From Candidatus Woesebacteria bacterium GW2011_GWA1_44_23 (lineage in GTDB: Bacteria > Patescibacteriota > Microgenomatia > UBA8517): DNA of 64,000 bases. The stretch covers positions 21,409 through 85,408 of the forward strand of contig LCIL01000005.1 of NCBI GenBank assembly GCA_001001045.1, given 5' to 3'. This document shows, in pieces, positions 34,261 through 43,903 of the stretch (positions within the stretch are counted from its first letter, which is position 1; every line of letters starts with the position of its first letter). A program made the position numbers and the translations under genes. The notes beneath the pieces were generated by a model. The model was not told the DNA's origin and made no database searches. It was given only the letters and a program-made list of their open reading frames with translations.

Positions 34261-34944
34261 ATGAATAGAGATTTAACAATAATTTATTACTCATCTAATC
34301 GGGAAGTGCCCGAGTTTGAGACCAGAATTAGGAACAATATTTTAAAAGTTTGTGGCGATTTGCCCATAATAAGCGTTACTCAAAAGCCGATAGACTTTGG
34401 AAAAAATATTGTTGTTGGAGATGTGGGAGCTTCTGGGTTTAACATGTTTAGGCAAGTTCAAATTGCCTGCAAGGAGGCAACAACGAAGTTCGTAGTTTCT
34501 GCTGAAGCGGATTGCTTGTACCCCCCGGACTATTTCACCTTTATTCCCGAGAAGGACAACGTATGTTACCGTAATAAAAATCTATATGTAATGGGTCAAT
34601 ATAGAACCTATTTCTACAAAAAGGAGGAAGGTGCAACGCACGCCCAAGTGGTCGGGCGGGAGTTCTGCTTAAGAACTCTGGATAAACTTTTTGAAGGAGG
34701 TCCGAATTGGTCAATCAAGGAGAGAAATTTCCCCAAAGAGAGGACTCATCAAAAAAAGGAGGATGTTTTTGGCAGTGACGAAATTGAATTCTACGAGACA
34801 AAAAATCCGATTGTACAAATAAAAACAAGCCACAGCATGCGACATTACACTCATTCTGATAGAATACCTCGTGACGAACTTCCCTATTGGGGCAAGGGGG
34901 TAGATTTTAGAAAAAAATATTACGATATCGGATTTAGGCATTAA
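34261..34944 (+). CDS. Putative GT-A-like glycosyltransferase
   Basis: TIIYYS...PIISVTQKPIDFGKNIVV...AEADCLYPPDYF; paralog of 35578..36321. Confidence 0.55.
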   Translation: MNRDLTIIYYSSNREVPEFETRIRNNILKVCGDLPIISVTQKPIDFGKNIVVGDVGASGFNMFRQVQIACKEATTKFVVSAEADCLYPPDYFTFIPEKDNVCYRNKNLYVMGQYRTYFYKKEEGATHAQVVGREFCLRTLDKLFEGGPNWSIKERNFPKERTHQKKEDVFGSDEIEFYETKNPIVQIKTSHSMRHYTHSDRIPRDELPYWGKGVDFRKKYYDIGFRH

Positions 34945-34946
34945 AT

Positions 34947-35576
34947 ATGAAACTAATAGATGCAATTAAAGAGCAGCACGGAAGGCCATTTACAATCCCC
35001 GATTGCTCCCGTGATGAACTCCCCGAATGTTTTAAACAAATGGGCTACAAAACAGGGGCAGAGGTCGGGGTTTATAAGGGGGCGTTTACCGAAAAATTCT
35101 GTAAAGCAGGCTTAAAAATGTATGCCATAGATCCCTGGAAGGCATATCAGGGAGCCGGCCGTACTCAACAGGAACAAGCAAGGCAAGACTTCCTTTACGG
35201 GCATACTCAAAGGACTCTCGCTCCCTATAAAGACTGTACAATAATCAGAAAGACGTCGATGGACGCTCTAAACGACTTCGGCCCGGGAAGCCTGGACTTT
35301 GTCTATTTGGACGGCGATCACCGCTTCCCGTACGTGGCACAAGATATTTATGAATGGAGCGAGAAAGTCAAAAACGGTGGGGTGGTCTCCGGGCATGATT
35401 ATTTCTGCACGGATCCACGGGCAAAAAATGTTTTGTGCCAGGTGGGCGCGATAGTAGATGCTTATGTTAGTGCCTTCGGAATTGAAAATTTTTATGTATT
35501 CGGACGGTCCAAATCACTGGAACTTGAGGCCAAAGATGACAGATATCTAAGCTGGATGTGGATTAAGCCTCTCTGA
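34947..35576 (+). CDS. Class I SAM-dependent methyltransferase (Methyltransf_24-like)
   Basis: GAEVGVYKG, YAIDPW, LDFVYLDGDH, VKNGGVVSGHDY. Confidence 0.85.
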   Translation: MKLIDAIKEQHGRPFTIPDCSRDELPECFKQMGYKTGAEVGVYKGAFTEKFCKAGLKMYAIDPWKAYQGAGRTQQEQARQDFLYGHTQRTLAPYKDCTIIRKTSMDALNDFGPGSLDFVYLDGDHRFPYVAQDIYEWSEKVKNGGVVSGHDYFCTDPRAKNVLCQVGAIVDAYVSAFGIENFYVFGRSKSLELEAKDDRYLSWMWIKPL

Positions 35577-35577
35577 C

Positions 35578-36321
35578 ATGACAAGCACAAAAGGGTGCAT
35601 TTACTACACCGATAACCGCCCGAAGTCTTTTATTTTGGATAAATGCCGTGAGGAAATTTTAAAAGGCTGGAAAGGTCCCCTGGTTTCGGTTTCGCTTCAA
35701 CCGATTGACTTCGGCAAAAATATAGTCTTGGCAGGGGTAGAACGCGGACTCCCGACTATGATCAAACAAATAACAATGGCTTTGGAGGCACTGGATACTG
35801 ACATTGTCTTTTTTCTGGAACATGATGTTTTATATCACCCGTCTCATTTCGATTTCACTCCCCCAAAGGAAGAAATCTATTATTACAATCTCAATAACTG
35901 GCGCTGGGGAATTAAGGAAAATTTTGCTATTACATACGATGGTCTGACCTCCCTTTCTCAACTCGCATGTTACCGAAAAACTGCCCTAAACCATTATAAA
36001 GGAAGACTTAAATACATCATTGACCACGGACTTAACAAGGACCAAAGCCGGGATCCGAGATGGGGACGGGTTATGGGCTACGAGCCCGGAACAAAGCCCA
36101 GGAGGAGGGGTGGTTTTTCCGATGAAAAGTTTGAGATTTGGAAAAGCGATTTTCCAAACATAGATATCCGCCACAGACATACATTTTCCCCGCCGAAATA
36201 CAATTTGGCTGATTTCAAACATCAACCGATAAACTTCCGCCAAGAGAAAATTGAAAATATTCCTTACTGGAATCTGAAAACGTTGCGGGATCAATGGCTG
36301 GATAAATACATAATAAATTAA
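35578..36321 (+). CDS. Putative GT-A-like glycosyltransferase
   Basis: CIYYTDN...VSVSLQPIDFGKNIV...LEHDVLYHPSHF; paralog of 34261..34944. Confidence 0.55.
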   Translation: MTSTKGCIYYTDNRPKSFILDKCREEILKGWKGPLVSVSLQPIDFGKNIVLAGVERGLPTMIKQITMALEALDTDIVFFLEHDVLYHPSHFDFTPPKEEIYYYNLNNWRWGIKENFAITYDGLTSLSQLACYRKTALNHYKGRLKYIIDHGLNKDQSRDPRWGRVMGYEPGTKPRRRGGFSDEKFEIWKSDFPNIDIRHRHTFSPPKYNLADFKHQPINFRQEKIENIPYWNLKTLRDQWLDKYIIN

Positions 36322-36406
36322 ATGAATAAAGGCATGGTTCTCCACACCGCTTTTCCCGGCTTTGATAATGCCTAAGTATGCTGTATTATTGCCTCACGCG
36401 AAACCT

Positions 36407-37474
36407 ATGGCTGATCTTTCAATATTAATACCGGCACGGAATGAAATATTTCTGGCCCGCACGATAGAAGACCTCCTGGCAAACATCGAGGCTGATACCG
36501 AGATCATCGCTGTTTTGGACGGGGTACCCGCCAACCCTCCGATTCCCAAAAATGAAAGAGTAAATGTAATCTCCCTTTCCGAAAGTATCGGACAAAGGGC
36601 GGCAACTAATCTTGCCTGTAAATTAAGCCGCGCCAAATATGTAATGAAGGTAGACGCACACTGCGGATTTGATAAAGGTTTTGACCGAAAAATGCTCGAG
36701 GCATTTAAAATTACCGGAGACAACGTTACGATGGTCCCAATTATGCGTAACCTCTGGGCATATGACTGGAAATGCTACCACTGCGGCTGGAAAAAATACC
36801 AAGGCCCCACTCCGGAAAAGTGTGGGCAGTGCGGTAAGGGAGACAAAATTAGAAGAAAGATGCTTTGGATCGGAAAACATAACCCTCAAAGTACTTCTTA
36901 CTGCTTTGACTCGTCTCCCCATTTCCAGTACTTCGAGGATTGGAAACACCGGCCGCAATACGAAAAAGACAAGAGAGAAACGGGACTGACTGAAACAATG
37001 AGCCTGCAGGGCAGCTGCTGGATGTTGACCCGCGAAAAATACTGGGACCTTAATGTTTGCGAAGAAGCATTTGGGGGTTGGGGTTCTCAGGGAATTGAAG
37101 TTGCGGTTAAAACCTGGCTTTCCGGAGGTAGAGTTATTGTCAATCATAAAACTTGGTATGCACATATGTTTAGAACCCAAGGGGGCGACTTCGGGTTCCC
37201 CTACCCGATTTCAGGAAAGGATCAGGAAAAGGCGAAAAGATATGCAAGGGATTTGTTTTTCAACAATAACTGGAATAAGCAAATTCGCCCTCTTTCCTGG
37301 CTCATCGAAAAATTCTGGCCGGTGAAGGGGTGGGCAGAAGAAGACTTGACCAAGCTTAAAACAAACACTTTCAGATTTAAAGAGAAAGCGGAGCCAAAAC
37401 CTGCCGAGAGTGAGCCCGTTACAAGTGATCCGGTAAGAAACCATCAGACGGGTGTTATTTACTCCGCCACTTAA
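36407..37474 (+). CDS. GT-A fold glycosyltransferase (GT2/GT27-like) with zinc-ribbon insertion
   Basis: DLSILIPARNE, VDAHC, CYHC...CGQC insert, QGSCW, GWGSQGIEVAVKTWLSGG...YAHMFR. Start placed at MADLS. Confidence 0.85.
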   Translation: MADLSILIPARNEIFLARTIEDLLANIEADTEIIAVLDGVPANPPIPKNERVNVISLSESIGQRAATNLACKLSRAKYVMKVDAHCGFDKGFDRKMLEAFKITGDNVTMVPIMRNLWAYDWKCYHCGWKKYQGPTPEKCGQCGKGDKIRRKMLWIGKHNPQSTSYCFDSSPHFQYFEDWKHRPQYEKDKRETGLTETMSLQGSCWMLTREKYWDLNVCEEAFGGWGSQGIEVAVKTWLSGGRVIVNHKTWYAHMFRTQGGDFGFPYPISGKDQEKAKRYARDLFFNNNWNKQIRPLSWLIEKFWPVKGWAEEDLTKLKTNTFRFKEKAEPKPAESEPVTSDPVRNHQTGVIYSAT

Positions 37475-37496
37475 TCAAGAAATTCTTCAGAGTTAG

Positions 37497-37574
37497 AATC
37501 TCATAGTTACAAATTTTAAGAATGTATATAATGGCTTAGCCGTTTTGAAACGGTTATGTTGTTGTATATAAATG
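37497..37574 (+). promoter_or_regulatory. Conserved promoter/leader of SP-repeat gene 1
   Basis: AATCTCATAGTT-N12-AATGTATATAATGGCTTAGCCGTTTTGAAACGGTTATGTTGTTGTATA; nearly identical to 44888..44962; contains TATAAT and a hairpin. Confidence 0.75.
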
Positions 37575-37648
37575 TTTAAGAATAAATACTTCTCAGATGG
37601 CTTCAGAAAGGAGGAGATTAGTATAAAAACTAACAGGAGGAAAATCTA

Positions 37649-40600
37649 ATGGCAGTAACATACGTCAAAGCTAGTACCCCCAATACAGATGCGGCGGGAG
37701 CCTTTACAGTAACAGGTGCAGCTCCTGCTGTTGCTGGGAATATTATCATCCTTCAAATTTTTCAGGACGGTACTACTGACGGGGCGGTAACTCAAACCAG
37801 TGCTACCAATATTACTGCTCTAGATGGTACGGCTAATACATGGACTGCTATTACCGAACAGTCGGTAGGAGCATCAGACGAAGGTAGACAGTATCTATGG
37901 GTAGGGCGTTCAAGCGGAAGGTCTACTCCCACATTTACAGGCGGCAACACAACTTCAGAGGATCTTTACCTCAGGATGTATGAGTTTAGCGGAGTAGATG
38001 CTAATGCCACGACTTTATCTGGGATTCTTGAAAACGGTACTGCAGGAACTGTAGCTAACGGCACTGGAACATCTGCGTCCGTTTCTGATACAAGCGTTCA
38101 GACACTGGGAGATGGCCGGCTCGCATTAAATTTTATCGCTGTAAACGATGATCCCCAGGCAGCAGAACTAGCCGCAATGACTGGTGAAACAGGGGGGGAT
38201 TGGGCTTATCCTGTTGCTGCGTGGGGTTCTAGTTCTGGCACTGACGGTACAATCGCTTTAGTTACAGCTTCTATCCCTTCTTCGGGAACAATTGATGGAG
38301 GCTCAGATGCCATAACTTCAGCTGCTTGGGGGGTGATAGGCTTTGCCCTTAAACCTGAATTTACTCCAACAGTAGCTTTAAGTACCCCTGCAGATGACGC
38401 GACAGGAGTAAGTACCACCCCAGCCCTAGTTTTTACAGGAACAGATGCTAACTCAGATGAAGTGGAATATGAGGTACAGGTAGATACAGTAAACACTTTT
38501 GATTCTTCGTCAGCCACTATGGCTAGCAATAGTGAAAGTACTTATGACCATGATTACATTGATAATTATAATTCAGTACCTCCTTCATGGTATGGTCAGA
38601 CATTTACCCCACCTTTTATGGGACCCGTCACTTCAGTTAAGTTTTATTTAAAAGGTTCCGATGGTTTAACGGGTAACATGCCAGTTAGATTGTATGCCAC
38701 AGACACCTCTGGTACTCCAGTAGGTGAAATATTAGCCACATCAGCTAATTTGGATTTATCTAGTCTTTCAACTTCTGCTTATGAACTAGTAGAGTTTATA
38801 TTTAGTTCCCCATACACAGTTGAGTCTGGGGTTCTGTATGCATTAACTTTAGAAAATCTTAGTTCCTCTAACCTATATGTTGGTGCAGATATTAGTTCTC
38901 CTGCTTATACAAATGGTACTGCAATTAGTATGAGTCCCGGTGGTTACCTGACTGTTGCTAGTGATTTATGTTTTTATGTTTATAGTGGAGGTTCTCTTCT
39001 TGACATCTTCTCCCTCGCCGATAACGATGCTAACTGGGCAGGCACAGGAGCACCTAATCCCTTTCCTTCAGGAAATGAAATAACCTATACAGTACCGGCA
39101 GGAAGTGCTTTAGCCGCAGGAACTACTTATTACTGGAGAGTACGAGCTATTGACCCTCTAGGAAGTAATGCCTGGGGATCTTGGAGTCCTGGGGCACATA
39201 GTGGATATAGTGAGTTTACAACACAGGCAACAGGTTCATTTTCGCCTTCGATTTCTCCATCTGTAAGTCCAAGTGCGTCTCCTTCGGTATCCCCCTCAGT
39301 CAGTCCGTCTATCTCGCCTTCTGTAAGTCCCTCAGTTAGCCCTAGTGTTTCCCCAAGTCTATCTCCCAGCGTTTCTCCTTCTGCATCTGTTTCGCCATCA
39401 ATCTCACCCAGTGTTAGTCCTTCGGAAAGCCCATCAGTATCGCCCTCGGTCTCGCCTTCAGTTTCACCCTCTGCATCCATATCTCCATCGACCTCACCCA
39501 GTGTTAGTCCATCAGTAAGTCCCAGTGCAAGTGCTAGCCCATCGGTCTCACCATCGGCTAGTCCGTCGGTGTCTCCCAGCGTTTCTCCTTCCGTAAGTCC
39601 GTCGGCTTCTGTTAGTCCGTCTATGAGTCCGAGTGTATCGCCCTCTGTAAGTCCCTCTGCATCAGTTTCACCATCTATCAGTCCTTCTGTGTCTCCCTCC
39701 GTCAGCCCCAGTGTCAGCCCCAGTGTCTCACCCAGCGCAAGTATCTCTCCAAGTGTTAGTCCCAGCGTGTCGCCAAGTGCTTCTCCTTCTATTTCACCTT
39801 CCGTTTCTCCATCAGCTTCTATATCTCCGTCAGTTTCGGAAAGTGTAAGTCCATCCGTTAGCCCAAGTGCGAGTGTAAGCCCGTCGGAATCACCGTCAGT
39901 TAGTCCATCTGTATCTCCAAGCTTTAGCCCTTCGATCTCAGCCAGTATATCGCCAAGCATATCTCCGAGTGTGTCCCCTTCGGCTTCCGTATCCCCATCG
40001 GTTTCCCCCAGTATCAGCCCTTCTGTCTCCCCAAGTGCCAGCCCAAGTCAAAGCCCATCGGCATCAATTAGTCCTTCCGTAAGTCTATCCATTTCTCCTT
40101 CTTTCTCTCCGTCCGCATCCATTAGTCCCAGTGTCTCTCCCAGCATATCGCCCTCGATCAGTCCATCAGTATCCCCTTCGGAGTCTCCCTCTGCATCAGC
40201 TAGCCCATCTATTAGCCCTAGCGTATCTCCTTCTGTCTCGCCCAGTGCTTCTGTGTCCCCTTCGGTAAGTCCGTCTGCAAGTGTTTCGCCTTCTGTCTCC
40301 CCATCGGCCAGTCCATCTGTCTCTCCGAGTCAAAGTCCATCGATTAGCCCATCAATTAGTCCGAGTATATCTCCTTCCGTTTCGCCTTCAGCGTCGATTA
40401 GTCCGTCAATTAGTCAATCAGCAAGTCCGTCAGTGTCACCGAGTGCGAGTATTAGCCCTTCACTAAGTCCAAGCATGTCTCCTTCTGTTTCTCCTTCTGG
40501 GTCAATCTCACCCTCAATAAGTGCTTCCGTTTCGCCTTCTGTCTCCCCTTCAGCATCTATTTCTCCGTCAATAAGTCCTTCTATTAGTCCGTCTGTTTCC

Positions 40601-42538
40601 CCATCGACTAGTCCATCTGTCTCTCCGAGTCAAAGTCCATCGGCTTCGATTTCCCCGTCTGTCTCTCCAAGCGTTTCTCCTTCAATAAGTCCATCGGTAA
40701 GTCCAAGTTTGTCTCCTTCGGTAAGTCCTTCAGCTTCGGTTTCACCAAGTATCTCGCCAAGTTTGTCTCCTTCGGTTTCCCCCAGCGCAAGTATTTCACC
40801 TTCCATTTCTCCAAGCGTTTCTCCTTCGATAACTATATCATCGTCTATCAGTCCAAGTGTGTCACCCAGTGTCAGTCCATCGGTAAGTCCTTCGGTATCA
40901 TCTTCTCAAAGCCCTTCCGCATCAGTATCCCCATCAGTTTCACTGTCCGTAAGCCCAAGTGTATCTGCGAGCGTTTCCCCGTCGGTTTCCCCTTCAGCCG
41001 GATCAAGCGAGTCTCCATCACTTTCACCAAGTATAAGCCCATCAATTAGCCCCTCAGTTTCCCCATCTGTCAGTCCTTCGATTTCCCCTAGTGTTTCGCC
41101 ATCAATCAGTCCTTCTGCTTCGATTTCTCTATCTGTAAGCCCGTCGGTTTCACCATCAGTCAGTCCGTCGATAAGCGCTTCCGTTTCACCAAGCCCCAGT
41201 GTTTCTCCTTCGACTAGTGCGAGCATTTCTCCTTCCATTAGCCCATCAGTCAGTCTGTCGGTGTCACCCTCAATTAGTCCAAGTGTCTCTCCTTCGGTTT
41301 CACCAAGTATCTCGCCAAGTTTGTCTCCTTCGGTTTCCCCCAGCGCAAGTATTTCACCTTCCATTTCTCCAAGCGTTTCTCCTTCGATAATCAGCCCTTC
41401 GGTGTCACCAAGTATAAGCCCATCCATTTCGCCCAGCATCTCACCTTCTCAAAGTCCGTCAGTGTCCGTATCACCTAGCCAATCTCCCTCCGCCTCTCTG
41501 TCACCGTCAGTATCGCCCAGTGCAAGTATTAGCCCTTCAATAAGTCCAAGTGTCTCACCTTCGGTTTCACCTTCTGGATCAATCTCACCCTCAGTAAGCC
41601 CTTCTGTTTCACCTTCTGTCTCTCCTTCAGAATCTATTTCCCCGTCAATAAGCCCATCCCGCAGCCCGTCAGTTTCTCCATCCATCAGCCCGTCAGCAAG
41701 TCCGTCTGTGTCACCAAGCGCAAGTATTTCGCTGTCTATTAGCCTGAGTGCTTCTCCATCTGTTTCCGCCTCGATATCGCCGTCTGTTTCACCTTCTGTA
41801 AGTCTCAGCGTTTCTCCTTCGATAAGCCAATCGGTAAGTCCAAGTTTGTCTCCTTCGGTAAGTCCTTCAGCTTCGGTTTCACCAAGCGCAGGCTTTTCAA
41901 TTTCACCCAGCGTTTCACCGTCTCAAAGCCCTTCGGCTGCGGCTCCCTCAAGTCTCAGTCCATCCGTGTCTCCATCAATTTCTCCTTCAATTGCCATTTC
42001 AACCTCACTATCTCCAAGTGTGTCCCCTTCTATCTCAGCATCCCCATCAATACCGTCTTCAATATCTCTTTCTGTATCACCAAGTGCGAGTCTAAGTCCA
42101 AGCCTGAGCCCATCGGTCGGTCCTAGCGGGAGTCCGCCAGCTTTGCCCAGCACCAGTGCCTCTTTCTCTGTTAGCCCAAGTGCCTCACCGTCACTGTCTG
42201 CTAGTGCTTCTCCTACTGAATCAGCATCACCTTCACCTGCCACGGTGGTATATTCTGCCAGCGCCAGCCCGAGTGTTTCTCCGTCGATCAGCCCCTCTCC
42301 CGCCCGCTATGCATCACCAGAAAAGCCCAGCTTTTATTATGACTCCGCTATTGTTCTCCGGGATGTGGCAAATCGTGATGTTAACTTAAGTGGGCTTCAA
42401 GATACCATACCTTCATGGAACAATGCAGGCCGGCCGAAGAATTTAAAACCCGCCACATTAGGTTTCAATATTGAGACAAAGGATCTCGAATTATATGACG
42501 GATCATTATGGCATAGGCTGCCAATGAAAAAAGTATAG
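37649..42538 (+). CDS. Mucin-like Ser/Pro-repeat protein 1 (1629 aa)
   Basis: Strong RBS (AGGAGG). ~530-aa beta-rich N-terminus with an FN3-like TTYYWRVRAID motif, ~1000 aa of (SPSV/SPSI/SPSA)n, C-terminal PSWNNAGRP...GFNIET...LELYDG..W. No N-terminal signal peptide. Confidence 0.85.
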   Translation: MAVTYVKASTPNTDAAGAFTVTGAAPAVAGNIIILQIFQDGTTDGAVTQTSATNITALDGTANTWTAITEQSVGASDEGRQYLWVGRSSGRSTPTFTGGNTTSEDLYLRMYEFSGVDANATTLSGILENGTAGTVANGTGTSASVSDTSVQTLGDGRLALNFIAVNDDPQAAELAAMTGETGGDWAYPVAAWGSSSGTDGTIALVTASIPSSGTIDGGSDAITSAAWGVIGFALKPEFTPTVALSTPADDATGVSTTPALVFTGTDANSDEVEYEVQVDTVNTFDSSSATMASNSESTYDHDYIDNYNSVPPSWYGQTFTPPFMGPVTSVKFYLKGSDGLTGNMPVRLYATDTSGTPVGEILATSANLDLSSLSTSAYELVEFIFSSPYTVESGVLYALTLENLSSSNLYVGADISSPAYTNGTAISMSPGGYLTVASDLCFYVYSGGSLLDIFSLADNDANWAGTGAPNPFPSGNEITYTVPAGSALAAGTTYYWRVRAIDPLGSNAWGSWSPGAHSGYSEFTTQATGSFSPSISPSVSPSASPSVSPSVSPSISPSVSPSVSPSVSPSLSPSVSPSASVSPSISPSVSPSESPSVSPSVSPSVSPSASISPSTSPSVSPSVSPSASASPSVSPSASPSVSPSVSPSVSPSASVSPSMSPSVSPSVSPSASVSPSISPSVSPSVSPSVSPSVSPSASISPSVSPSVSPSASPSISPSVSPSASISPSVSESVSPSVSPSASVSPSESPSVSPSVSPSFSPSISASISPSISPSVSPSASVSPSVSPSISPSVSPSASPSQSPSASISPSVSLSISPSFSPSASISPSVSPSISPSISPSVSPSESPSASASPSISPSVSPSVSPSASVSPSVSPSASVSPSVSPSASPSVSPSQSPSISPSISPSISPSVSPSASISPSISQSASPSVSPSASISPSLSPSMSPSVSPSGSISPSISASVSPSVSPSASISPSISPSISPSVSPSTSPSVSPSQSPSASISPSVSPSVSPSISPSVSPSLSPSVSPSASVSPSISPSLSPSVSPSASISPSISPSVSPSITISSSISPSVSPSVSPSVSPSVSSSQSPSASVSPSVSLSVSPSVSASVSPSVSPSAGSSESPSLSPSISPSISPSVSPSVSPSISPSVSPSISPSASISLSVSPSVSPSVSPSISASVSPSPSVSPSTSASISPSISPSVSLSVSPSISPSVSPSVSPSISPSLSPSVSPSASISPSISPSVSPSIISPSVSPSISPSISPSISPSQSPSVSVSPSQSPSASLSPSVSPSASISPSISPSVSPSVSPSGSISPSVSPSVSPSVSPSESISPSISPSRSPSVSPSISPSASPSVSPSASISLSISLSASPSVSASISPSVSPSVSLSVSPSISQSVSPSLSPSVSPSASVSPSAGFSISPSVSPSQSPSAAAPSSLSPSVSPSISPSIAISTSLSPSVSPSISASPSIPSSISLSVSPSASLSPSLSPSVGPSGSPPALPSTSASFSVSPSASPSLSASASPTESASPSPATVVYSASASPSVSPSISPSPARYASPEKPSFYYDSAIVLRDVANRDVNLSGLQDTIPSWNNAGRPKNLKPATLGFNIETKDLELYDGSLWHRLPMKKV
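39235..42310 (+). repeat. Degenerate 12-bp-period coding repeat (Ser-Pro-Ser-X)
   Basis: Tetrapeptide periodicity with highly varied synonymous codons. Confidence 0.9.
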
Positions 42539-42817
42539 TATCTTGCAATATTTTTTGACTATAAGCGTATTCTTAAAGCCGTATCTAACTACCCATAGTT
42601 CCTTATAAGCTTCTGGTACTCTCCTACTCCTATAACCATTACCGATCTCCAATATATTAACTAAATCATGATTTTACTCATTTGTTGCATTTTGCGGGCT
42701 TCCATGAATTATAAGGGGAATTTCCTAGATAGCTTCCTGAATAATCGGATAGTTAAGAAGGCTCAGTCTACTAAAAGACTCTTGTAAATCATAATCGCTT
42801 TATACATACTTGTAATC

Positions 42818-42845
42818 TACTTGCTATCTTCAGTGATAGCAAGTA
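42818..42845. promoter_or_regulatory. Perfect 11-bp inverted repeat upstream of second RAYT-like gene
   Basis: TACTTGCTATC-ttcagt-GATAGCAAGTA, ending 10 nt before GTG 42856. Confidence 0.6.
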
Positions 42846-42855
42846 ACTTAAAACT

Positions 42856-43902
42856 GTGACTGCCCATGATTATCAAGCCAAACTAAATGGGGTACTATAT
42901 TCCCATGTTTATCGTGATCTCGCATCTGAAAAAATTTTCATTGATAACGAAGATTATCAGGCATTCGTAAACTTCTTAAATGAATACTTGTCTGACAAAA
43001 ATGTTGATGATAGTAAAAAAATATTTACAATAAGGGGGCATACTTACCAAGGAGTCCCCCGTTTACCTAAAAACTTCTCTAAACAGATTGAGCTTTTAGC
43101 CTATAAGTTAGAGCCAAATCGTTTTGACTTCCTGATAAGAGAAAATGTTCCTGGGACTACTCAAAAGTTCATAAGAGCCGTATCAACAAGGTACGCCCTA
43201 TACTACAACAAGAAACATCATCGAACCGGTTCCCTATTCAAGGATACTTACAAACTGGAAAGAATCAGCGATCCTGCACTACTACCAGGTCTAATTCGTA
43301 GCCTCCACAGTAACTTTAGTAAAAAAGACGGTGTGCCCGATCATGCTTACTCTTCATGCCCTGAATATCTTGGTCAAAGAGCATCGAATTGGATCAATTC
43401 GCAGGCTATACTTTCTAATGAAGGACTGGGTGATCAAAAGCTGTACCCGGAAAAGGGTAAACCGGAAACCGGTGTACGTGTCACCCGTTATCGCCCAAGA
43501 TCCAAAGCCAGGGTACCAGAAATAATATTATCCATTGCGATTCTGGCTATGCTAATAGCTCAAAGTATATTAAGAATCGAAACTTCTTCAACATCAAAAG
43601 CTTCATACTCGCCTCCTTCATACGCTACGGTTCTGGGTGACAAAAGGGAAGCAACGGAAGACGAAAATATAAAAACCGTAGAAGTGAATCAAGGGAAGGT
43701 TTTAATTGATACCGTTGATAATTTGGAAAGTGTAGATATCTATCGGGACGCTTTGTTATCGTCACTTAAAATTGGCGAGGCTAAGGATAATGACATCTTT
43801 GAGCTTGTTTCTGAAAGCCCGGGCTGGTATCAAGTAAAACTTATTAATGGGTCAACTGGCTATGTCTCGTCAGAATATTCGGAAATAATAACGAATTATT
43901 AA
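42856..43902 (+). CDS. Degenerate RAYT/Y1 domain fused to TM and SH3 domain (paralog of 26257..27417)
   Basis: IFIDNEDY...LLAYKLEPNRFDF (HUH lost)...YYNKKHHRTGSLF...IRSLHSN (Tyr lost); TM IILSIAILAMLIA; SH3 VDIYRD...GWYQVKLINGSTGYVS. Confidence 0.8.
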   Translation: MTAHDYQAKLNGVLYSHVYRDLASEKIFIDNEDYQAFVNFLNEYLSDKNVDDSKKIFTIRGHTYQGVPRLPKNFSKQIELLAYKLEPNRFDFLIRENVPGTTQKFIRAVSTRYALYYNKKHHRTGSLFKDTYKLERISDPALLPGLIRSLHSNFSKKDGVPDHAYSSCPEYLGQRASNWINSQAILSNEGLGDQKLYPEKGKPETGVRVTRYRPRSKARVPEIILSIAILAMLIAQSILRIETSSTSKASYSPPSYATVLGDKREATEDENIKTVEVNQGKVLIDTVDNLESVDIYRDALLSSLKIGEAKDNDIFELVSESPGWYQVKLINGSTGYVSSEYSEIITNY

Positions 43903-43903
43903 A

